Shown: in pieces, positions 8,988 to 17,791 of the stretch
Numbering within the stretch: the stretch's first letter is position 1
How the letters are laid out: every line of letters begins with the position of its first letter
Sequence record: NC_042098.1
DNA length: 64,000 nucleotides
Direction: 5' to 3' (one strand)
The notes under the pieces: model-generated
What the model saw: the letters and a program-made list of their open reading frames with translations, nothing else
Databases searched by the model: none
What the model was told of the DNA's origin: nothing
Program-made: the position numbers and the translations under genes

Positions 8988-9452
8988 TTACTTCATACCG
9001 TCCAACTGCTTTTGAAGTTCCTTTAACTGACGGCTTGCATCCGGCGTCTCGGCGTCATGATCTCTGATCGCTTCAATAAACGACTTTCGTTTGCAATAAG
9101 GATACTTCATCCATTTATCAAATGACAAACCAAATTTGCCCAAGATATCCGCACGCAGATATTCGAGCTCATACTTTCGATACCCAACTAACGCCAGCGA
9201 GTCTTCCTGCTCGACCTGTAAGATTAACGAGAGCGGCGAGGTTTCCACGTTATGGTCAATAATCCCAAACGTGTCATCGTAAAGCTCTGTTAATCGAATT
9301 AGTGGATACTCCCAGTTCTCGGTAAGAAACGTGGGGTTTTCTAACGCGACATCCCAGGCATCGGACCGATCACTTTCGGACAGACCGAAATCCCAATGGA
9401 TTAGATGTCGGCTTGATCGAACGTCTGATTCAGTGTATTCGTCATTAGGGTA
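8988..9452 (-). CDS. Downstream frame of assembly-chaperone-like gene; probable -1 frameshift extension
   Basis: Open frame (HLIHWDFGL...RLTELYDDTFGIIDH...GKFGLSFDKWMKYP) with no ATG/GTG/TTG plus SD ahead of its protein-like core; it is in the -1 frame of 9401..11020 at a T8 run. Confidence 0.6.
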   Translation of the reverse strand, partial: YPNDEYTESDVRSSRHLIHWDFGLSESDRSDAWDVALENPTFLTENWEYPLIRLTELYDDTFGIIDHNVETSPLSLILQVEQEDSLALVGYRKYELEYLRADILGKFGLSFDKWMKYPYCKRKSFIEAIRDHDAETPDASRQLKELQKQLDGMK

Positions 9453-11020
9453 AAAAAAACCCGTGCTACGTTCAGCGGGGTGTACGCAGGGAAGGTGTTG
9501 CTCACCAGTGGTTGGCGCGCCTGGCAGTTCGGGCATTTCCAACGCGGTACTGCGACCACACCGACTGTTACCCGGTTGATGAACTTGTTCAGCTCTTCAA
9601 AGAACGGTTTACGCATATCCGGGGTTGCACTGAATTGCTTCAGCAGCAGCGCCACGTCATCGGCCGACTCAACATAGTTGCCGTCGTTGAACTCGATCTT
9701 GGTCACCCAGTGGGCGTAACCGCGCATGGAGGACAGCGCTGCCTGTTTGTTGATGTGCTGCTCACGCTGCTCACGCGTCATGCTGTCGTTGAAGCTGTCG
9801 GTGATCGCTTGTTGAATGCCGTTGATCCAGGCATAACCCGCTGCATTCTTATCTTCGAGTGATGGCACCCGCAGATAGAACTTCACATCTTTCACAGTGA
9901 TGACATTGTCTTTCATCACTTCAAAGCCGGTCTGATAGGCAATGACCTGCTCGACGGTACGGCCGCTGAAGTGAGACATGTGCGCACGCTGGGTTGGTGA
10001 CAGACGATTGTTGTCAATGATCGACAGACGAGAGACGTTAACTTTCGCTGCTTCAACATGCACACACTTCTTCGGATCGGCGGCACAGGCAGTAACCATG
10101 TGGTAGCCAGACTTAAAGCGTGCGCCCAGGTAGGCGTTAGCGATCAGATCGAGATCCTGCTCTTTGATTAACGGCAGCAGGGTTTTCTTATCGGAGACAC
10201 CGATGCTGCTGTCAGTAACCATACCCAGCAGGAAGTCGGTCATGTGCTTACGCACCACGACATCCAGGTTGTTAAACACCAGACCGTTGGTACGACGACC
10301 GAGGATCGCTTTCTCAGCCATGATGGCGGTTTGCATATCCACAAACTCATCATCGCCGGCAATCAGCAACGTAACCCAGATACCAGAATGTGGCAGCGGC
10401 AGATGGACATAGTCACCCATGTTCATCACACCACGTGCCCGCATCACTGCCTGTGGACCGGTCAGCAGTTTAGTGCCTTCGGTACTGCGCTTCACTGGCG
10501 GACGAGAAACACCCTGCACTTTGTTGCTGTCAAGCAGAATACCCTGCAGCCACTGCGCGCCATCTTGACGAATGGTCAGGTTCAGACCAGAACGGTACGA
10601 CAGGTTGGTGATGGCGTTACTGGCCAGGGATAGCCAGATCATCGCTTTATCAGCACCGTACAGACTGACGATCTCTTTTAAGATCTTCTTGTCTTCGGTG
10701 TTGGTGTCGATCTCATTGATCAGCGCCGTCGCTGCATCGTAATCCTGATGCATAATAGACAGCACACCTTCCGTGCCGACATCCTCCATGGAATTCAGCT
10801 TTTCAATGATCGGGTTCTGATAGAGCGGATCGAACGCCTGCTCAACGGCTTCAACTTCAGGTGCTTCAGCTTCACCCTGCTGGCCGGTTTCTGCTGGCTC
10901 GGGATCGGTGCCGATAGTACCAGTAGTCGCCGGACGACCTGGATCAACTTCAGGGATACCAGAGTGGTTTTCTTCAACAGGCTCTTGCTGTGACAGAATG
11001 GATGGGTTATCACCGGACAT
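9401..11020 (-). CDS. Conserved jumbo-phage baseplate/tail assembly chaperone-like protein (T4 gp26-like C-terminal CxxC)
   Basis: 539 aa, acidic N-terminus, C-terminal WKCPNC followed by a ...VFF motif; AAGGA SD; product inferred from architecture only. Confidence 0.55.
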   Translation of the reverse strand: MSGDNPSILSQQEPVEENHSGIPEVDPGRPATTGTIGTDPEPAETGQQGEAEAPEVEAVEQAFDPLYQNPIIEKLNSMEDVGTEGVLSIMHQDYDAATALINEIDTNTEDKKILKEIVSLYGADKAMIWLSLASNAITNLSYRSGLNLTIRQDGAQWLQGILLDSNKVQGVSRPPVKRSTEGTKLLTGPQAVMRARGVMNMGDYVHLPLPHSGIWVTLLIAGDDEFVDMQTAIMAEKAILGRRTNGLVFNNLDVVVRKHMTDFLLGMVTDSSIGVSDKKTLLPLIKEQDLDLIANAYLGARFKSGYHMVTACAADPKKCVHVEAAKVNVSRLSIIDNNRLSPTQRAHMSHFSGRTVEQVIAYQTGFEVMKDNVITVKDVKFYLRVPSLEDKNAAGYAWINGIQQAITDSFNDSMTREQREQHINKQAALSSMRGYAHWVTKIEFNDGNYVESADDVALLLKQFSATPDMRKPFFEELNKFINRVTVGVVAVPRWKCPNCQARQPLVSNTFPAYTPLNVARVFFTLMTNTLNQTFDQADI

Positions 11021-11037
11021 TATGCTTATCCTTACCT

Positions 11038-11505
11038 TTACTTTTTAGTGGGGTCGACCTGAACCGGGTCATTGAGTTTGCTTACTGCGCCAGCGGCAAC
11101 CGCGTTAGCATGGGCGCTGTCTGACATGGTCAGAATGGCAGCACCGTGACGCTGCATCGCATCCAGCAATTTACTTTGCAGGACGATGTATTGTTCGTGC
11201 ACACTGAGGAAGTCAGCGATGGTGCTGTCATGCAAGGCATAACCGGTTTTGCCTTGATGCTGCTGCTTGATCATCGGCAGTGTTTCATCGATCTCTTTGA
11301 CTACAGCCAGCGCCGCTTCGATGTGCGAGCTTAACGCAGAGGGGTTTGGCTGAAAGCGAATGATGTTGGTGTTGACGGCCATGAGGCAAGTATTGCTCAG
11401 CTCATTGCGCAAATTAATCGTATAAGTTGCCGCAGAATCCAGGTACTCCCAGAACTGATCGGGCTGATGGACCTCTGGTGCGAGAGGCGGTTCATTGGTT
11501 GACAT
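11038..11505 (-). CDS. Conserved hypothetical protein
   Basis: 155-aa helical ORF, AAGGA SD. Confidence 0.75.
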   Translation of the reverse strand: MSTNEPPLAPEVHQPDQFWEYLDSAATYTINLRNELSNTCLMAVNTNIIRFQPNPSALSSHIEAALAVVKEIDETLPMIKQQHQGKTGYALHDSTIADFLSVHEQYIVLQSKLLDAMQRHGAAILTMSDSAHANAVAAGAVSKLNDPVQVDPTKK

Positions 11506-11597
11506 AACGGGTCCTTGAGGTGATTTATCTTGTGGCTTACATATATTGACACTACTAATGTCAACAATTACAACGTTTATACGGAAAAGGCACGGTC

Positions 11598-12509
11598 ATG
11601 AGTGATTTTACTGACTTAACGAAATTGAAGACCGAATTACCACAAAACATCCAAAAGATTGATGAGCAGGATGATGTGGGTGACTTCAGCGATCTTAACG
11701 ACTACCTCATGACCATCATTCCGGATGAACGGCGTGAGCGCTTGATCGCGATCTGTCAAAACTTGAGTACCCTGCAGTATCATCAAGTCCAGCCCGATGT
11801 GGATCGGTTACTAATGATGGCTAACGACGGTGAAGCGCCGTCGGTGCTCGATGACTTGACCCGGTTGTTATTTGAACACGCTTATGACTTAACGAAAAAC
11901 ATGGGTTTTAACTGGGCCGATGAGATTGAGTTTGATCAGCTGTTCCTGCTCGGTGATGTAATCGAAGGTGCCATGTTGATTGATGGCATGGAAGACTACG
12001 GCGACCTCTCAGCGATCCTGGATGGGGATGACTCAGTTGAAGAGAAGGTGGTGGATATCTGGGGCCAGGTGCTCGACAAAGACATGCACCATCTCTTTGA
12101 ACAGATCCAGTCCATCGAACCGGCGGTGATCAGCGGGATCAAACAAGTCACGACCCGACCGTATGCCGAAGACGATTATGCAGATGTGCAGCGTCCACTT
12201 GAGTTTGTGGTTGAGCGGTTGGTGAAAGTCCGTGAAATGATGAAGACCGATGGCGTTGCTTACCAGCATGTGGCCAAGGGCGGGGCATTAGGCGTTGAGC
12301 TCGATTCACTGATCACGCTCTACACCCCTGAGTTGAATGCCGTGACCGATCCGATCGAACTGACCGACCTGCTGGTTGCCTTTACCCTGATCAGCAACAC
12401 CCCAGATGGTTTGGTGAAATCCACCGCATCCCGGCTGGCAGAAAAATGGATTGATGATATCGAAGTCATCAATGTGGTAGGTAAACATATCGACAGGTAT
12501 CCCGTGTGA
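11598..12509 (+). CDS. Conserved acidic hypothetical protein (phiKZ gp79 position)
   Basis: 303 aa, directly upstream of and overlapping the RNAP beta' fragment gene. Confidence 0.75.
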   Translation: MSDFTDLTKLKTELPQNIQKIDEQDDVGDFSDLNDYLMTIIPDERRERLIAICQNLSTLQYHQVQPDVDRLLMMANDGEAPSVLDDLTRLLFEHAYDLTKNMGFNWADEIEFDQLFLLGDVIEGAMLIDGMEDYGDLSAILDGDDSVEEKVVDIWGQVLDKDMHHLFEQIQSIEPAVISGIKQVTTRPYAEDDYADVQRPLEFVVERLVKVREMMKTDGVAYQHVAKGGALGVELDSLITLYTPELNAVTDPIELTDLLVAFTLISNTPDGLVKSTASRLAEKWIDDIEVINVVGKHIDRYPV

Positions 12510-13816
12510 ATATTCGCGACTATTTAATCATGGCCTTTCGGGCAGGGGCTTACAAGCAACGCCAGTGGGTGTTGAGTGTCATGAGTATCACCCAGACCCC
12601 GGATGGTAAATCCGTAGCAGACAGTATGATCCCGTATCAGGCACACCGCATCAACATCGGTGCGACACTCGACTGGGCTTACTGGGATGACTTCAACAAA
12701 ACCTTTGTGCCGATTGAGGGAGTGGATGTTAACTTCCCGTTGTTTCGACCCGAGGATCAATACACACTACAACCTGGGGATTTCGCCAATGTCACTGAAG
12801 AAGTTACTACTACTTTCGGCCGTATTCTGGCTAACCATTATTATTTTATCGATGTGGTCGGTGAACGTGTCCCCTTTCAGAACGTAGAATTCAACCGCGG
12901 GATGCTGGAGAAGATCTACAAGGCCCGGGTATTAGAAGACGCCCAGGACTTGCGGCGTTCTGATCCGTTCTACCTGACCGTCGATGAATTCAAACGCTCC
13001 GTGGATAATGGCTTTGCCTTGGGTGGGTTGTCGAAACTTTGTGTACCGACTGCCTGTCCGGAAACCATGTATCCGCCGAAGTTCATCATCGAGATGCGTG
13101 ACCGTCTGTTTGAAGAACACAAGGATGAGCTCAACAACCCGGTCGTCATGGGGCGTATTCAGGATGAGCTGTTAAAGCACTACCGTGAGTTCCTGATGTC
13201 CACCCCGTCAGCCAAGTTCTTTGTGATCAAGAAGACCATCGACCAGGCCTTCAACAACATGTTCCTGACCGGCGGTATTGCGGGGGCTTTTGGCGGTAAC
13301 ACTGTTATTACCAACTCGCTGTACGAAGGCTGGAACCTGAAGAACTTCCCGGCGTTAGTGAATGGCTCTATCGAAGCTTCCTTTGACCGTGGTGCGGCTA
13401 CAGCCGACGGTGGTGAGAAAGTGAAGATGTTGATCCGTGCCACGCAGAACATCCGTATCACCGATGATGATTGCGGCACCCAGCTCGGGGTACCGTGGGT
13501 GATTGAAGATGCCGGCAAGGCACGCTTCATTAACTCTTACATACTGGATAAGGGTGTGACGATTCTGTTAACTCCGGAGAACATTGATAAGTTCGTCGGT
13601 AAGCCGGTCATGACCCGTTCACCCAGCTTCTGTAAGAAATCCCATGGCGACTCCTGTAAGTTCTGCGTCGGTGCGCATAACGCCACCAACCCACGCGGGA
13701 TGTCTTCCGGTACCTCGAAGATCGGTTCTACCCTGATGTTGTTATCGATGAAAGCGATGCATAAAGGCAGTAAGATCGATCTGATCGAGTATAACCTTGA
13801 TGAGGTCTTTAACTGA
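12506..13816 (+). CDS. Virion RNA polymerase beta' subunit fragment (phiKZ gp80-like)
   Basis: Bridge-helix region RGAATADGGEKVK...IRITDDDCGT, Zn site RSPSFC...CKFCVG, trigger-loop-like IGSTLMLLSMKAMH; GTG start. Confidence 0.88.
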   Translation: MNIRDYLIMAFRAGAYKQRQWVLSVMSITQTPDGKSVADSMIPYQAHRINIGATLDWAYWDDFNKTFVPIEGVDVNFPLFRPEDQYTLQPGDFANVTEEVTTTFGRILANHYYFIDVVGERVPFQNVEFNRGMLEKIYKARVLEDAQDLRRSDPFYLTVDEFKRSVDNGFALGGLSKLCVPTACPETMYPPKFIIEMRDRLFEEHKDELNNPVVMGRIQDELLKHYREFLMSTPSAKFFVIKKTIDQAFNNMFLTGGIAGAFGGNTVITNSLYEGWNLKNFPALVNGSIEASFDRGAATADGGEKVKMLIRATQNIRITDDDCGTQLGVPWVIEDAGKARFINSYILDKGVTILLTPENIDKFVGKPVMTRSPSFCKKSHGDSCKFCVGAHNATNPRGMSSGTSKIGSTLMLLSMKAMHKGSKIDLIEYNLDEVFN

Positions 13817-13825
13817 GGATATCTG

Positions 13826-13860
13826 AAACCTACATTATAAGAGGGAGATAACTTTTATAA
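13826..13860 (+). promoter_or_regulatory. Putative phage early promoter
   Basis: AAACC-TACATTAT overlapping a TTATAAGAG/CTTTTATAA stem; 33 nt before ATG 13871. Confidence 0.55.
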
Positions 13861-13870
13861 GGAACGTACC

Positions 13871-14587
13871 ATGTATGGTTTATTAATCCTCGCCTTGCCT
13901 CAGTCACCGTACGTCCACATGAGTGCGATGACTGCGGACAGGTTTACTGAACTGCTCCCACAACTCCAGAAAGAGCTCGATGCAGATATCTTTCCTAATG
14001 TGTGTTTCCAGGGTGCATTCAATGTCAGTAATACCCGTACGGTCACTCAGCTGTTTATTCCGTGTAGCGGATTGGTGGCGGCACGGGAGTTGGGGTATGA
14101 ACAGATCCGCAATATTCTCGCCAACCCAGAGAAGGAAGTCCAGCATGTCACCAACATCGGTGATTGGCTGGGTATTCCTGGTAAGGTGATGTTTGATAAT
14201 GCGGATGGATCTGTGGATGAGGTCGTTGTGACTGACATGTACAAATATCTGGTACATGAAAGAAGAGAGCGCTCTGTCTTTCGGTTCAGTCCTATTGATC
14301 TTAGTATAACCGATACCGAACCATTACCAACTCACCTCTACCCACGTGATCATTTCTACGACCAGGTCTACCTCGACAAAGACGGCGAGCGTGCTTTCCT
14401 GTCTTACGGGTCGTGCGGTGAGGAAGGCTGTGTCATAGAACCCAGAGAAGAGAAACCCGTGCAAGTGTACGGCGTTACCTACTCGTCACTGGATGAAGTG
14501 GCCCGATGCTATAACCTGCCTGAACAGTACGTGAAAGAACGCGTTGAGTCTGACAGCCTTGAATGGCTGGAGTGGTCATATTTGTAA
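13871..14587 (+). CDS. Hypothetical protein with C-terminal NUMOD1-like HTH; paralog of 18136..18918
   Basis: Shared TNIGDWL, VTD..KYL and G..YSS..E.A motifs. Confidence 0.7.
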   Translation: MYGLLILALPQSPYVHMSAMTADRFTELLPQLQKELDADIFPNVCFQGAFNVSNTRTVTQLFIPCSGLVAARELGYEQIRNILANPEKEVQHVTNIGDWLGIPGKVMFDNADGSVDEVVVTDMYKYLVHERRERSVFRFSPIDLSITDTEPLPTHLYPRDHFYDQVYLDKDGERAFLSYGSCGEEGCVIEPREEKPVQVYGVTYSSLDEVARCYNLPEQYVKERVESDSLEWLEWSYL

Positions 14588-14715
14588 AAGTATTTGGGGA
14601 TGAGACGCAGAGCTGATTCCCATCTACGGTAAGTTGTTCAAGGAAGCAGCAAACCGGTTATAAAAAATGAAAGGGTTTTCGTAAGATAGTCAGTGCTCCG
14701 TACCCGAGACAATAC

Positions 14716-14913
14716 ATGACCACAAACCCGCAGTTTATTTTCGTGGCTCAGAATTCTGATGCTACACACAGCGTAGAGAAACTGGAAGTAGGACGCGATA
14801 CCGATGCCCAGAAGAACCTCACGGAACTTCGTAAAGGTTTGCCGTTCGACTTCTCGTTTATCATGTCTGAAGAGGCGATCTATCAACTTCGACAGGCAGG
14901 GCACATCAACTAA
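14716..14913 (+). CDS. Small hypothetical protein
   Basis: 65-aa ORF in operon orientation. Confidence 0.55.
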   Translation: MTTNPQFIFVAQNSDATHSVEKLEVGRDTDAQKNLTELRKGLPFDFSFIMSEEAIYQLRQAGHIN

Positions 14914-14928
14914 ACTGCTGAGGTAGTC

Positions 14929-15381
14929 ATGACGAACAAATCGGAGATCTCACACGGTGGTGGCGATCAGCCTATGGAAAAAGAGCAAAGCAACTTATCC
15001 GTACTGGTGAACTACTCCACAGGTGTGATGGAAGGTGACCGTTTTAATTACTCGGTTGCATTGGCGCTGTTGAAAGACGGCATCAAAGTGAAACGCGAAG
15101 ACTGGAAGAACGCTTTCCTGGTGTTCGTCCCGGGTAGTCAGAATGTTGAACTGCCAAAAGGGTCGCCGTATGAAGTCGCACTCCACGGTAAGAAGTCCGT
15201 TGCCAATATTCGTCCGCACATCGATCTGTACACGGAGTACGGTGAATTCGAAGTCGGTTGGACAGCCAACCAGGAAGACACTAACGCCGATGACTGGATG
15301 ATTGTCTTAGACAAGAACACCAATCAAGACGACAGTGCCGACGAAGAGAAAGAGTCCTCAAACGACGACTCGAAGTCATAA
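14929..15381 (+). CDS. DUF2829 / Tad2-like protein (candidate immune-signal sponge)
   Basis: F.Y..ALALLKDGIKVKREDWK..FLVFVPGS...PHIDLYT...GWTANQEDTNADDW matches the DUF2829 pattern. Confidence 0.8.
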   Translation: MTNKSEISHGGGDQPMEKEQSNLSVLVNYSTGVMEGDRFNYSVALALLKDGIKVKREDWKNAFLVFVPGSQNVELPKGSPYEVALHGKKSVANIRPHIDLYTEYGEFEVGWTANQEDTNADDWMIVLDKNTNQDDSADEEKESSNDDSKS

Positions 15382-15386
15382 ACTCC

Positions 15387-15414
15387 AGGAGAGCTTCGGC
15401 TCTCCTTTTATGCC
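15387..15414 (+). terminator. Intrinsic terminator
   Basis: AGGAGAGC-TTCG-GCTCTCCT with C(UUCG)G loop, then TTTTATGCC. Confidence 0.85.
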
Positions 15415-15430
15415 CATTAAGGAACATGTA

Positions 15431-15790
15431 ATGAGTGAAAAGAAAGCGTTTGAAGTGGTATTGGATAGCCGTCATGAACCGTACGAGGCTTACCAGTTAT
15501 TAGTGGCTCGCATCAATACCTTATTGCGCACCGGTCAAGGCTACCATGAAGTGAAACTCACGAAGTGGCAGCTTTACGATAACGGTCTTCTTATCAAGGG
15601 AGATGATGATGTGCATATCTCCTTGTTGCGTCATTTCTATTACGATAAGCAACGCAATACGTTTGGTGGTGGCTTCATGGCCTTTGAGATCCTGGAAGAT
15701 TTGGGTCGTTACTACAAAGTGCACGATATCACAGAAGGGATGAGCGAGAATGTTGGCCTCGTCTTCACGATCACGGTAACCACACCATAA
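15431..15790 (+). CDS. Hypothetical protein, tandem paralog 1 of 4
   Basis: ATG 15431 after TAAGGA; motif VKLTKWQLY. Confidence 0.7.
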   Translation: MSEKKAFEVVLDSRHEPYEAYQLLVARINTLLRTGQGYHEVKLTKWQLYDNGLLIKGDDDVHISLLRHFYYDKQRNTFGGGFMAFEILEDLGRYYKVHDITEGMSENVGLVFTITVTTP

Positions 15791-15799
15791 GAGGTTTAG

Positions 15800-16165
15800 A
15801 TGAAACCACTCTTCGCCATGAAGTTCGATACCCGTGATGCGTCATTTACCAGTCAGCTGGATTTACTGCAATCCCGTATCAAGAGCTTCTCTAAACGTGG
15901 CACAACGATTAAGGATGTGGTAGTCACTAGTTGGCAGCTGTTTTCAAACAACATGGTGGTGGCTGGCGACGACCCCGCCTACGTCACCATCATCCACAAC
16001 TACCAGTATGACATTGAACAGCAGTGTGTAGTTGGTGGCGCCAGCGCGGTAGATACTCTCAGAGAGATCTGGTCGGCATATGGTCCTGACTCGACACTCC
16101 CACGTTACGGGTCTGTGCCGGGTGCTATCGATATTCAATACACGATTACTGTGTTCACTATTTAA
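15800..16165 (+). CDS. Hypothetical protein, tandem paralog 2 of 4
   Basis: GAGGT SD; motif VVVTSWQLF. Confidence 0.75.
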   Translation: MKPLFAMKFDTRDASFTSQLDLLQSRIKSFSKRGTTIKDVVVTSWQLFSNNMVVAGDDPAYVTIIHNYQYDIEQQCVVGGASAVDTLREIWSAYGPDSTLPRYGSVPGAIDIQYTITVFTI

Positions 16166-16178
16166 AGGAGATACCCGC

Positions 16179-16571
16179 ATGGGAGTTTCTACTGCTGCTG
16201 CTCGTCGTTCTAAAGAAGGGGTGTTTACCCGGAGTATTGAAGTGCGTCATGATCACTGGAAACGGGATATCACTGATTTAGGACTGGATGTCCATAACCT
16301 GGTGCTGTGTAAGCAGGAGATCGTGTCAGTGACCCTCACTGCCTGGCGGGCGTATGACGAGTGCGGTGTATTGCGCGGCAGTGCCAAAGAGTTGAAGTTA
16401 GACATTACGGAATGGTTCCTCGGTGACAAAGGCCCGGTCATTAATGATGCGATCAAACCTCTCACGTTTGCCTTCATCATTAATCAACAACGCAGCCAAC
16501 GCACGCCCTGGGTAAAAGATGTCCGCTTAGGGCTTAACCTGTCCATTGTCTACAAGAGGATTCAGCAATAA
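16179..16571 (+). CDS. Hypothetical protein, tandem paralog 3 of 4
   Basis: ATG 16179 after AAGGAG; motif VTLTAWRAY. Confidence 0.7.
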   Translation: MGVSTAAARRSKEGVFTRSIEVRHDHWKRDITDLGLDVHNLVLCKQEIVSVTLTAWRAYDECGVLRGSAKELKLDITEWFLGDKGPVINDAIKPLTFAFIINQQRSQRTPWVKDVRLGLNLSIVYKRIQQ

Positions 16572-16915
16572 TGGAAATTGTCCACCAACTCGATCTTAGC
16601 CACGGCTGGGAACCCTTCAACCGCCTGAAAGCCGCCTTTGCCAAGAAACCCCCGGAGGCGATCCACATCACTGCCTGGGTCGCTCATGGCTATAAAGGAA
16701 ACCTCATCGGCGATGAGCAAGTGGTGAAAGGGTCGTGCCAGGAGTGTCGGATTGATGTGACCCACATCTTCTTTCCCAGTCGGCCTGAGATCTTGATTGG
16801 TTTGTCGAGCTTCATTAACGCCATTAATCGTGACGGGCCGGTGAAGATCCCGGCCTGGACCGGATCGATTACTCTTTGTCTTGAATTAGCGATAAGTTAT
16901 ACAGATAGAATTTAA
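16571..16915 (+). CDS. Hypothetical protein, tandem paralog 4 of 4
   Basis: TAATG overlap, GAGGA SD; motif IHITAWVAH. Confidence 0.7.
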   Translation: MEIVHQLDLSHGWEPFNRLKAAFAKKPPEAIHITAWVAHGYKGNLIGDEQVVKGSCQECRIDVTHIFFPSRPEILIGLSSFINAINRDGPVKIPAWTGSITLCLELAISYTDRI

Positions 16916-17022
16916 TCGGCATATATTCTGTCTCGTTAGCGTAAGCTCGCTAAAAACCCTTTTAAAGTTTTGTATAACAAACTATCAACTTTGTAGAAAG
17001 AAACAAATAGGAAATTAATCTC

Positions 17023-17733
17023 ATGTTGCATGAAAACTTTGAAGCCTTAGTGGCGAACATCGCCAACCAAATCAATCAGCTGGAACCAGAGGATCTGCCG
17101 TCACTGATCCTGACCAAGAGCGAGGTCTACATCAACGACAAGCGACACGATCGCACGCGTCTACTGCTGAACCTGTTTACCCCACAACCCGGGCACACGC
17201 ACGACGTGACCTTCGATCAAGAGCTGCAGGATGCTTTCGCTCACAACAACCTGGAGTTTATCAAAGTCGGCGAGGGGATCGCCTACGGACTACTGCGTAC
17301 CAGTATCGTTAACAACGAACCCGCGGTGTTCTGGATTCACGCCGATGTCTCCGATGATGCATCATTACTGAAGCAAGCCTGGGACATCATCACCGACCTG
17401 AAGAAGAATGCGGGTTACCCCCAGGCGTTTAACATTGACGTGCTCGACGTAAGCTGGCATGCGTTAAGCTGGGCACAACTGCTGGGGACTTTGCTTGACC
17501 GCACTGACCCGACCCGCCGGTTCCGTTTGGCAACTAACCCCGATTACGATTTTGTGTTATCCCAGAAAGCCATCACGTACTACCAGGAGACGTTGAGTAA
17601 ACGTCCGATGGCACCGGTTGCTTACCTCGATGACACTAACCTGTTTAATGGTGGCGACTTTAACGACAGTGATCGCAACTGGGCAATCGCCCCGAACGAC
17701 AGCACCCGCCCTATCGTGAAGGTGTATGTTTAA
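17023..17733 (+). CDS. Hypothetical protein
   Basis: 236-aa ORF, TAGGA SD, AT-rich upstream region. Confidence 0.75.
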   Translation: MLHENFEALVANIANQINQLEPEDLPSLILTKSEVYINDKRHDRTRLLLNLFTPQPGHTHDVTFDQELQDAFAHNNLEFIKVGEGIAYGLLRTSIVNNEPAVFWIHADVSDDASLLKQAWDIITDLKKNAGYPQAFNIDVLDVSWHALSWAQLLGTLLDRTDPTRRFRLATNPDYDFVLSQKAITYYQETLSKRPMAPVAYLDDTNLFNGGDFNDSDRNWAIAPNDSTRPIVKVYV

Positions 17734-17791
17734 ATAAACACAAGCTCCAGATGGTATACTTGGAAACATTTATTGATCTGGAGCCCCAATC

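Noticed and set aside
9374-9390. TTTCGG/CCGAAA hairpin as frameshift stimulator
   Set aside because: About 60 nt downstream of the slippery site, too far for a classical stimulator
14590-14715. Intergenic stretch as possible tRNA or ncRNA
   Set aside because: Only a weak stem; no cloverleaf, T-loop or CCA
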